DNA of 58,975 nt from Octopus bimaculoides (lineage: Eukaryota). The stretch is from NCBI RefSeq assembly GCF_001194135.2, contig NC_068985.1, positions 42,642,618 through 42,701,592 of the forward strand, given 5' to 3'. Under the pieces are notes generated by a model. It worked only from the letters and a program-made list of their open reading frames with translations, did not search any database and had not been told where the DNA came from. Of the stretch, positions 23,627 through 34,480 are shown in pieces. Both the position numbers and the translations under genes were made by a program. Within the stretch, counting starts at the first letter, position 1. Each line of letters starts with the position of its first letter.

Positions 23627-24767
23627 TATGTAAATATATATATATATATATATAAAATCAAAATAAGCAACAATGATATCCAGAGGTAATGCAGTACGAT
23701 CGTTTCATGCAACTCCATTTAATTGAATAATGTAATCATTACATCAATTTAAAAAACAGACCAATCCTCAGCTGCACAAATACATAGAATTTAATTAAAT
23801 TAGAACAGATGGACACGTTATTATAATTATACCTAAATTTCCAAGAAGTTAAGGAGATAGACAAAATCATCTTGCTTCAACTACATCATGGAAGCTAAGA
23901 AATTAAATGTCAAGAAGACTCTGCCTGTCACTGATTTTATTTGTTTTTTTAGTTTTAATTTATAGACTAGTTTATCAAACCTTGTATATCTAAAGCTTAA
24001 GAGAATAAAGGGCATTATCTGTTAGGGGTAGGGGTGAGAGAGCAGACAGAAATCATGGTTGGTATAGTCATAAAATCATGAGGTTTGGTAAAGGAAAACT
24101 TAAAACAAGATATTGGCTGACAACTAAGGCGAGGGAGGGTCGCCCACTAGCAGACCATTGATAATGAAATGGGAAGTCTTATCATGTAGTACTATAGTTA
24201 AAAGTTTTAAAACAATGATGCTGTGTTGTATACAGATAAAGTTTATGGCTATTCATAGGGTTATTAATAAGAATATATTAACAAAAGGATAAAATTTATG
24301 GATACTTTTGAGCATATACCAAACTTTTACCACAATAGAGGGAGGAAAAGAAAATTATTCAGAAATAGTTTAATATTTATATATATTGTACACTTAAATA
24401 CTAACTCATCATATGGTATCTATGAATATTGATTAATAGGTATATTAGGTATAATAGGTATATTATTGCTATCAAAAATAACTGCAAATATACATAATAT
24501 GGCTGGTAGGGTAGAAATTCATAGCAAGGAAAAATAGTGTAATCACCAAAATAGGATGTATTTGTGCAACTAAAGATAGAGCTATATTTAAATTGATGGT
24601 TGCATTGTTCAATCTTAATGGAGCCACTTGAAACGGTCGTACTGCATTACTACTCGAAATCCTGCTGCTTATTTTGATTTTATTCACCTTACTTTGAGCT
24701 GTGCAGAAAATACCAGTCTGAATTGGCGCTTAAAATTAAGTACCTAATTCAACAGAATTTTAATTAC

Positions 24768-24808
<41 letters not shown>

Positions 24809-25392
24809 ATATATATATGTAAATATATATATCATATGTAAATATATATATATCATATGTAAATATATNNNNNNNNNNNNNNNNNNNNNNNNNNNNNNNN
24901 NNNNNNNNNNNNNNNNNNNNNNNNNNNNNNNNNNNNNNNNNNNNNNNNNNNNNNNNNNNNNNNNNNNNNNNNNNNNNNNNNNNNNNNNNNNNNNNNNNNN
25001 NNNNNNNNNNNNNNNNNNNNNNNNNNNNNNNNNNNNNNNNNNNNNNNNNNNNNNNNNNNNNNNNNNNNNNNNNNNNNNNNNNNNNNNNNNNNNNNNNNNN
25101 NNNNNNNNNNNNNNNNNNNNNNNNNNNNNNNNNNNNNNNNNNNNNNNNNNNNNNNNNNNNNNNNNNNNNNNNNNNNNNNNNNNNNNNNNNNNNNNNNNNN
25201 NNNNNNNNNNNNNNNNNNNNNNNNNNNNNNNNNNNNNNNNNNNNNNNNNNNNNNNNNNNNNNNNNNNNNNNNNNNNNNNNNNNNNNNNNNNNNNNNNNNN
25301 NNNNNNNNNNNNNNNNNNNNNNNNNNNNNNNNNNNNNNNNNNNNNNNNNNNNNNNNNNNNNNNNNNNNNNNNNNNNNNNNNNNNNNNNNNNN

Positions 25393-26020
25393 GGTATGCC
25401 AAGTTCAAAAATGGAAAATTTGACCTCAAAGACGCACCTCGTTCTGGCCGTTCAGTTGAGTTCAATGAAGAGCGATTAAACCAACTTTTGCACGAAAATT
25501 CTCGTCAAACGACAAGGGAACTGGCAGAGAAAATGGAATGCTCCCAAACTGCTATAGAGAAGCATCTTCACTCGATGGGAAAGTTTCAGAAATATGGAGC
25601 ATGGGTTTTGCATACTTTAAGTGACAACAACAAAAATCAACGAGCCACAATCTCCGCTGGTTTGCTTGCTCGTCACCGCTCAACTCATGGACACAAGCAA
25701 CGATTTCTTTACCGAATCATTACTGGCGATGAAAGATGGTGCATGTACATCAATATGAAGCAGCGCATGAAATAAGATCTTCATCTGCGTAAAACGATGT
25801 TGTGCTTATGGTGTGACTGGGAAGGGATTACAAATTGCTTGAACGGAACCAAACGGACAACGCAGAACTCTATGTTCAACAGATGGACCGACTCAACATG
25901 GCTATTCAATAGAAAAGACCTAATCGGCAGTATGGAGTTCTTTTGCTGCATGACAACGCCCGCTCTTATATAGCCATTATGACCAAGGAAGCCATTCAAA
26001 TGTGTGGCTGGGAAGTGCTG
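25393..26020 (+). mobile_element. Truncated second copy of the 8.2-9.5 kb mariner family
   Basis: YAKFKNGKFDLKDAPRSGRSVE..IITGDERWCMY..LLHDNAR; near-identical to copy 1, with an internal deletion near 25765, ending after gggaagtgctg. Confidence 0.93.
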
Positions 26021-26567
26021 TATACAATAGTAACGAACAGTAAGAATGAATGCTCAACACAGCATTGGTGGATAAACACTTAGTGGATTTTCTTCAAAAC
26101 AGCCTCTGAAAGCAGGACAAAAACTGGTTGCTCAAGGACTACGACCAGGTAGCAATATATAACCCTATAAATTGCTATACATACTCATATATAATATTGG
26201 CAATATATATAAAATAAAGCATGAAGCTATCAATATATATACCAACATGGCTCAAAACATATCACTTCCTCCTCACTAAGGAACAAAAAAATAAGGTGAA
26301 TTAAAAAAGTTTCCACACAGTCACCAGACATATGCCAAATTCCTTCATTACACTATTTTAAAATGTAAGAACACATTGGACCTTGTAGTCTAAGACAAGG
26401 TGGTCACTGTTGGAACACTTTCATTTACAGGTCAGCTCAAACAGGCTGTTCTGAGGATAAGCAATACATAAAACAGTAAAATACCTAATACATTTTTTAT
26501 ATTTATGTATTTGTTTTGGAAGATTCTTGATGGTGAAATCATGTGTTGAAGCATATCTTATCATACT

Positions 26568-26796
26568 TGGAGATGGTCATATTTTGCCAATTAAACACAC
26601 TCACTATGTATTTGGTTGTCACTTCAGCTTTATCATTATTATTATTTTTTAATCTCTTTGTTAAAATGCTTTTATTACACATCCTGTGACTTCTTCAACA
26701 ACTCTTTATCCAATGTGTCTCCTCTTGTTCTGTTTATTCCATTTTGTCCTTCTGTGAGGTGTGTGTGTTTAATTGGCAAAATATGACCATCCCCAA
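26568..26796. repeat. Short inverted repeat pair (28-bp perfect core, about 160-bp spacer)
   Basis: atggtcatattttgccaattaaacacac (26573-26600) and its exact reverse complement (26763-26790). Confidence 0.85.
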
Positions 26797-27507
26797 ATGT
26801 AACAATACTTTTTTTTATTCTTTTACATATTTCAGACATTGGAATGCAATCATGCTGGAGCACTGCCTTGTAGAGTTAGTCAAACAAATTGACCCCAGAT
26901 TTTTTTTTTACATCTTATAATGTACACAAATGAACATAGTTGGATCTTTTCTGTTTGGCTGCACCTGTGGAAATTTCAAAGTTTAGTGAAAATTTTAAAA
27001 CTTGGTGTATTGAAGTAATTTTCCATGCTGAATCTCAGGGAGTATTTCACTTTCCCCAGAAAAAAATTTTTTTAAACTTATAGAGAGTTAAAGTTTGGTC
27101 ATTTTTATCCAACAAGTTGTGAACATAATCTTATAAACAATAAGAAGAGGTTGTGATGCTGTTGAAACTAAATGACAGTAATGGATCCTAACGTTTACTA
27201 TATGTAACTAGCATATATAACATGCTAGTTAGGTATGCATATATACATATGTGCATACAAGGGAACTTCTATACAAAGCCTTGTCAATGTAGCCATGACA
27301 TCTTCAACAAAAGGGTTACTATCTTCTAAATGTAAGCATGATTAGATATTAAATATTATTACAATCATCATTTAATTATTATATTTTGTTCATTTTCATA
27401 AACATTAGCATGGGTAATATGTTGGTTGGCTGGTTGGTTGGTTGGTTGGAGCAATTGTTTCCACAAGTAATACAAATGTGTATCTTGATTTTTAAGAAAC
27501 CATATAG

Positions 27508-27888
27508 GTGCAGGCATGGCTGTGTGGTAAGAAGCTTGCTTCCCGACCACATGATTCCAGGTTCAGTCCCACTGCATGGCACTTTGGGCAAGTGTCTTTT
27601 ACTATAACCCCAGGCTGACCAATGTCTTGTGAGTGGATTTAGTAGACAAAATACTGAAAGAAGCCCATCATATATATGTGTGTGTCTGTGTTTATTCCAA
27701 AATCATCACTTGATAACCGGTACTGGTGTGTTTATGTCCCTGTAATTTTGTGGTTTAGCAAAAAAGACCAATAGAATAAGTACTAGGCTTTAAAAACTAA
27801 GTCCTGAGGTCAATTTGTTCAACAAAAACCCTGCAATGTTGTGCTCCAGCATGGCCACAGCCAAATGACTGAAACAAATAAGAAAGAA
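27508..27888 (+). mobile_element. SINE family A, full-length copy
   Basis: A-box ggcatggctgtgtggtaag, B-box ggttcagtccc, internal (TA)(TG) microsatellite, tail gactgaaacaaataagaaag. Confidence 0.9.
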
Positions 27889-27892
27889 ATAT

Positions 27893-28280
27893 CTTTTATT
27901 TTTGACTTGTTTCAGTCAATAAACTACAGTCATGTTGGGACACTGCCTTGAAGAATTTTTAGTTGAATGAATCAACCCCCAGTACTTTTTTTTAAAGCCT
28001 GGTACTTATTCTAATCATTCTTGATTGCAGAATGGGTAAGTTATGGGAACATAAACAACCAACACTGGCTGTCAAGCAGTGGTGGGGAAGACAAACACAG
28101 ATACACACACATGCACACATATACGACTGGCTTCTTTCAGTTTCCGTCCACTAAATCCAATCCCAGGCTTTGGTCAGCCCATGGCTATAGTAGAAGACAC
28201 TTTCCCAAGTGGCACACAGTGGGACTGAACCCAGAACCACGAGGTTGGGAAGCAAGCCTCTTACCACACAGCCGCACCTA
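27893..28280 (-). mobile_element. SINE family A, full-length inverted copy, tail-to-tail with 27508-27888
   Basis: Begins ttttatttttgacttgtttcagtc and ends cttaccacacagccgcaccta. Confidence 0.88.
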
Positions 28281-28661
28281 CACGTATGAATATATTGCTG
28301 TGTGCCATACAAAGCTACTAAAAGGGTTAGAGTGAGGAAGGGCCTCTGACTGTAAATTCCTGGACTCCTAAAGTTCCACCCAACAAGGAAAAACAAACAT
28401 AAAAGCAATGTTGATGATGACTCTTTCCCTTGACAACTGTGAAATAGTAACGGAAATTCTCTTACCAGCTAGGCAAACTGAGGCAAAGAAAGTTATGACT
28501 AAATAATTAGTGGCTCAATACATTAGCTAATACCATGTGTTCACCAGTCTGACAACCTCTAGCAACTACTGGGTATATTCATAAAACACAAAAATGGTCA
28601 CAACCTGCATACTAATCAATCAAGCAATGCTATGTATTCAGTAGTCTAGAAATCTCACAAC

Positions 28662-29336
28662 GGATCTTGTTCAAAACGGGGGCACCAGTATTTTCTTAAC
28701 GAAACACTTTGAAACTTGGGACACTGGTAGAATGTGTCATATAAAACATCTTTTTCTCTTAGTCTTCTTAACAAAAAAACCTACATCGCAAGTTATTTCA
28801 TGTTAAAGTTGTCGTATTTCTGTAATTTCAACCAATGACTGACGTCCATTCAGCCGAATACATTAAGTGCTGACTACGTAAACAAACGATTCTCAAACGA
28901 TTCTGGCGGTGATAAAATTATTATTTCCTTGTCAAAAAATGGTTGAAGCATATTGGCAGTAGCTAATAAACCTTTCTATTATAGGTACAAGGCCTGGTTT
29001 TTGAGGGAAGGAGCAAGTCAATTAGGGTTAGGGTTAGGGAAAACGAACACACGTGTGTTGCCTCTCTGCAAAATGTCAGAAGTAATGGAGATTAAATACG
29101 CTTTACACCACTTAAACTGCCAAAGGAGTAAGTATAAACAGCTGAATACTTGTCAGTGATTGGTTGAAATTATCGAAATAAGACAATTTTTTACATGAAA
29201 TAAATTCGAATACAAAAATTTTTTTCTGTTCTATAACACAAAATAGATAAGTATACGAAGTTTGAAAGTCTTTCGGTACCAAAAACACTACATAAAACAT
29301 AAATGAAAACTGGTGCCCCCGTTTTGAACAAGATCC
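28662..29336. mobile_element. Complete 675-bp MITE with 28-bp perfect TIRs and 8-bp TSD; Merlin-like; internal (TTAGGG)3
   Basis: TIR ggatcttgttcaaaacgggggcaccagt at both ends; TSD ctcacaac at 28654-28661 and 29337-29344; ttagggttagggttaggg at about 29021-29038. Confidence 0.92.
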
Positions 29337-29899
29337 CTCACAACTACTGGCTATGTCCTTATAACAATGTATTAACCATGTTAATACTAACATAACTATT
29401 TGTAGTTAATGCTAACATTAACTTAACCTATCTGTATGCATGTTTTATCACAAAGAATTCTAGTTAGCTATTTAATGTTTCCTACTTTCAGTATGTTAAC
29501 ACTAATAAAACTATTGTATTCAATGTTGAAAATATTCCTTCATTGAAATGGCTGAAGTAATGAAACTGAAGTTAATTCCTCACCAGAATATTATATGATT
29601 TTGAAAAGAAAAAAAATTGAAATGATATACAATCGCATACAAGAATCACAGTAAAAGAAATATTTAGGGCAAACTATAGAATTCCTCTTCCATAATCAAT
29701 GCCACAGCTGGTTTAGAAAAAATAAATCTACTTGAAATTAAGAATTTTTGCAATAAAATTTTATTGTCCCAAGAATGTTTGGTTTTTTTTTATGAAACCA
29801 TCTAAAAAGAGATTTTGTTATATGTTAAAACCAAAGAAGAGAAATGAAAAGAAAGATGACAATAACTGATGGGTCAAGGATATATGCTTAGGTCAGAGA

Positions 29900-30245
29900 T
29901 AGGGGACCAGGAATACAATAGAAATGTAGAAGCCAGAGACAGAGGGCCAGGGCATATAAAAAACATAGGGGCTAGTGATAGAGAACTAGGACACAAGAAA
30001 TCTAGAAACCAGAGAAGGGGATCAGGGCACCTAAGAATTATAGAGGCCAAAGACAGAGGACCAGGGCATATAAAAATATAGGGGCCAGAGACAGGAAACA
30101 GGACACATAAGAAATGTAGGGGCCAACGACAGAATTGTAGAGGCCAAAAAATGTTGAGTCCAAAGACAGGGAATCAGGGCACATAAAAAATATAGAGGCC
30201 AGAGACAGGTGACCAAGACATACAAGAAATATGAAGGCTAGAGAC
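29900..30245. repeat. Degenerate minisatellite, about 38-39-bp unit
   Basis: Recurrent aaat(g/a)tagaggccagagacag..ccagggcatataaa. Confidence 0.8.
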
Positions 30246-30951
30246 AGTAGAGGTATCATATTGGCAGAGTTGTTAGAGAATCAGATGAAATGCCTCACAG
30301 TATTCTAGTACCTTGTGTTTAGAGTTCAAAAATCTGCTGTCAGCTTTGCCATTCATCTTCCCAGGGTAGTTAATTAAAGTAACAACCTAGGCAGCTGACT
30401 GGTTTTATTGTCAAAACATTGGATGGCATGCCTTGTGTTTATTTGTTCCAGGACTTTGCATTCTATGTTCAAATCTCAGTAAAGTCTATCTGGCTGGTAG
30501 ACTTAATCTATCACTTGATTTAACACCATCACCTGCTGTCTTGGGTACCTTTAGTGGAGTCCATTCTGTTGTAACAACTATTTAGGCAAGCCTCCTGACC
30601 TGGATACTTACAGTAAAGTGAACAAAATCCTCCCTCCCTCCCACAAATCTCAGAGACTTTGTATAGGGTCATGCACAACTTTTCCACTGACTATACGTTA
30701 AAAAGACAAAATATGAGAGAAAATTAATGAAAATCAAAGAAGAGAAAATGGACAGAAGGGGAAACTGTTTGACCAGCATTGGGCAGTTATTTTACTCTTT
30801 TGTTTAAAAAAAAAAGGTCTTCTTGAATGTAATATTTTGTTCCACAGGAATGAATAATAAGTTTTTTACTATTGTTTTTTATTTTTAGCAGATAAACATC
30901 TGTCCATTAAGAAGTGTTAACATCATTATCTTAATCAGTTTTACATTTAAT

Positions 30952-31023
30952 AAGCATCACATTTGACAGAGAAATCTGAATGCGTTCTTAAGCATTCAGA
31001 TTTCTCTGTCAAATGTGATGCTT
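30952..31023. repeat. Perfect hairpin: 32-bp stem, 8-nt loop
   Basis: aagcatcacatttgacagagaaatctgaatgc-gttcttaa-gcattcagatttctctgtcaaatgtgatgctt. Confidence 0.95.
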
Positions 31024-31189
31024 TTTTATTCAAATGTGTTACCTTGTAGCATAGAAATTTCAATGGCGTGATTGTTTTTTTTTTTTTTTTAGAATGACAT
31101 CACAAGTGCAAAAAGCTAGATCTGGAAAGTTTGAACATAAAATGGGTAAAATATTTGGGCTGGATATGGTCATTTTAAATGCTAAAGAG
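30985..31189 (-). mobile_element. piggyBac-like MITE, reverse copy
   Basis: Collinear with the reverse complement of 51468-51687; ends aaatgctaaagag followed by ttaa. Confidence 0.65.
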
Positions 31190-33065
31190 TTAATAACACT
31201 ACAACTGTTTCTTCTCTTCTTTCTTCCAATATTCTGTCATCTATCCACCCAAGTAGATACCTTGCGACACACATAACACAATGACTTTTCTCTAATGCTT
31301 CCAATACAATGCTATAGGTGTGACTTTTGAAGAAAGATTTTCATTAGAAAGCAACATTTTCAGAAAACTGTGCAGAAAACTTGAAAAGAATTTAGAATTT
31401 TCATTAGAGAGGCTGACACTACAACTTAACACAGTCTGAATATTCACATCTACATTTATGCCATATCAAAACATGTAACATTTATATAACATTGTCAATA
31501 ATTCCTTGACTGAAATGCTAACTACTGGTGATGTATCAGATTTCAGAATGATTGTTTATTTGCATCTATAAAATAGAACAGCTGGTGAATAAAACCCAAG
31601 ATTAAACACTATTTATTTACATTAAGATATAGATATAGGTGCAGCAGTGGAATTGAAAAGTTTGCTTCTTAGGGCAAACTATAGAATTCCTCTTCTATTA
31701 TCAATGCCACATATCAGCTCAGGTCCAGGTTCAGTCCCACTGCATGGTACCCTGGGCAAGAGTCTTCTACTACAGCTAAATCAACCAAAGCCCTGTGATT
31801 GGATCTGATAGATAGAAACTGAAAGAATCTCATTGTATATGGGTATGCATGTGTGTGTATGAGTGTGAGTGAGTATGTTGTAAGTGAATGTCATTCATTT
31901 CCAATATTCTGTGAAAACATGTCTAACCATGGGGAAAAGTTACCTTACTTGGAAATAGGTATGGGTTGGTAACAGAAAGAGCATCCTGCCGTAGAAAATC
32001 TGGTTCAAACTCTGTCTGATCGATGTAAGTATAGAAAAGTGGATCTTAAAACAATGATGATGATGTATGATTTTGCAATATAGCTTATACAAGTACTGTA
32101 GTTTATATAAATTTGGCTCTAGTTCAACAGCATGTAACAATTTCACTTAAGGAACATTTCTTCATCTTCATCATCAATAACATACTTCAGCATCCATGTT
32201 CCAAGGCTTCTTCAGTTTCTCAGAATGAATCTGATGGACCCATCAACATGTTCCAGTGCCTGCTTTGGTATTCAAGTGTCATTTATTGTCTTTCCTGGCA
32301 CCAACTATTTCACAGTGTGTACCAAGTATTGATTTCATGCCACCAGCACAAATGAGGTCACCATGCAGCTTGCAAGGCTATGAACATCAAAAGGGGCAGC
32401 TTTACACTGGGAGATGAGGGGTAAAAATATGAGAGAACTGGCCAGAGTAGTAGAGAAGCTACATGACTACTCACATTTTATAAGAGAGGATGGGAGTAAC
32501 TGGATAGGGCTAAAAAAAAGGCAAAAATAGTGGTGATGAGGTATCAGGGTGGATCCTCTGGGTACAAGTGGGTAAAAGTGAGTTGGGTAGAGGGGCCAAG
32601 AATGTAGGTAGGTGGAAGTTGCAAGAGAGCAAAGAGAAAGTAATAGATGAGGAACAGAGGAGGGGAGGTAGTCCACCACTGTAAAAATTGGATAGGGTTG
32701 AAGGATGGATTACTAATGATACATATGTTAAGAAAAGTAGGGTTAGAAGTAAGAGATGAATGACAGTGTAGAGCAGCAGAACAGTAATGACAATACAGTA
32801 GACAGGAGAAGGACAGGAGAAAGTTGACATGTGGTTGGGCAGTTTACCACCAAAACAAATTTTATACTTTCACTTCAGATTATCAACCATATAAAAATGA
32901 TTATATATCAGTTTTACTTTATATACTTTAATTTTATGCTTGTCTACAACACCTCACTTTTTAAAAAACTTTTAACAAGTACTTTTGGAAAATATTTCAT
33001 TTGTGGTGCTATTCTCAAATATAAAATGTTTTTTTAAATATGGAGGTTTGGGGATTTTGCAATTT

Positions 33066-34480
33066 CAAATAAGGGATTGTCAATTTATTTTGATAGTGGA
33101 AGCATCTTAGGAGGTCAGATTTTAAATTCCACACAAAAAATCAAATTTTTTTTTTCTTAGTGAAAATCCTGCGGATGTTAATATAGAAATTTACCATAAT
33201 GTTATTTAGCCTCAAATCAACCCTGATACTGTAAATGTATCATCAAAGACATTCCAGCTTTCAGCAAACCATCTTTTTAGGGATAATCTAGGACATTACA
33301 TACAATGGGTGTGTGATTTAGGTAGGGGGATACTTTGGCTGCTATTTTTAGCGTGCCAAGCGNNNNNNNNNNTTTAGGTAGGGGGATACTTTGGCTGCTA
33401 TTTTTAGCGTGCCAAGCGACCAGGTAGAGGCTCTTTCATTGGTTCGATTGCATGATGAGATTTTTTTTTACACATATATGTAATATCTATATATATATCA
33501 GTGGCAGAAGTTAGAGAGTAAGTCAAAGGCTGAGAGTTTTGTGTACTGGCACTTATCAAACACAAATTTGTCCATTGTCACTCTGTAACTTCTGACGAAA
33601 TAACTTCTAAAATACAAAGTTTTGTCAAAAACATTAAGAGTAAACCCTGTTCTATGTGACACATTCTACTAGTATTGGAAGTTTGGAAGTGTTTAGTTTA
33701 AAAAATTCAATTAAATAATCTGTGTGTCTAATTGAATAGATCCAAAATGGATGAAAGGCAAAGTTGACCTTGGTGGAATTTGAACTCAGAAGTTAAAGAC
33801 AGATGAAATACTGCTTCTAAAATACAAAATTTTGTCAAAAACGTTAAGAATAAACCCTGTTCTATGTGACACATTTTACCAGTATCGGAAGTTTGAAAGT
33901 GTTTAGTTAAAAAAAATTAATTAAATAATCTGTATGTCAAAGTCAAACTTGGTGAAATTTGAACTCAAAACACAAAGAGAGACAAAATACCAATAAGCAT
34001 TTCACCTGGCGCACTAACGTTTCTGCCAGCTCACCGCTTTAGAATGTAAACATTCATTTTAGAAATATATTCTTTATTCTTATTGCTTAAGTGTTACTTC
34101 TTACTTCCTGACATTAAATTTCTTAACATTTTACCTCATAACTGTTTTTCTACTAATTTTTGTTCAATGCGACTAACAATTCTCAATTCCTCATGCATTT
34201 TTCTATCATTTAAGCCTAAGAAAAGCATACTTTTAATTTAAAATTTAGAAATTTATGTTAATTGAAGATGAATATCTGCTTTACTGCTCACTTGAGGTCT
34301 GACATATTTTGATGTAACTTTTTTTCTACTGAACCAAATCTCAAACTATTTATGCCAAAGTGTAGCTGAGGAAGTATCCTCTTTGAAACTATTAATAGTT
34401 TGCAATTTAGTTGAGAACTGAATTAGTGGTGAAGCTTGGAAGCTGCTGCAATTGATGAAATGGTGGACTTAAGAATATAT
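33066..34480 (-). mobile_element. Composite about 1.4-kb dispersed repeat, copy 2 (CpG-decayed)
   Basis: Reverse complement of 6394-7810, e.g. gaactgaattagtggtgaagcttggaagctgctgc vs gcagcagcttccaagcttcaccactaattcagttc. Confidence 0.8.

Noticed and set aside
24472-24745. Hydrophobic minus-strand ORF suggesting a membrane protein
   Set aside because: No start or convincing acceptor, no family motif; hydrophobicity is expected from AT-rich DNA.
27508-27580. tRNA-like sequences at SINE heads
   Set aside because: They have A/B boxes but no complete cloverleaf and continue into SINE bodies; not tRNA genes.
29900-30245. Regularly spaced repeats as a CRISPR-like array
   Set aside because: Units are contiguous and degenerate with no unique spacers, in eukaryotic DNA with no cas genes.
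31094-31276. ORF/exon candidate MTSQVQKARSGKFEHKMG after a poly-T acceptor
   Set aside because: It lies inside the piggyBac-like MITE copy (30985-31189).
33317-33420. Apparent tandem duplication around a 10-N spacer
   Set aside because: Identical sequence on both sides of a short N run is typical of unmerged overlapping contigs; the same applies at 43960-44055.
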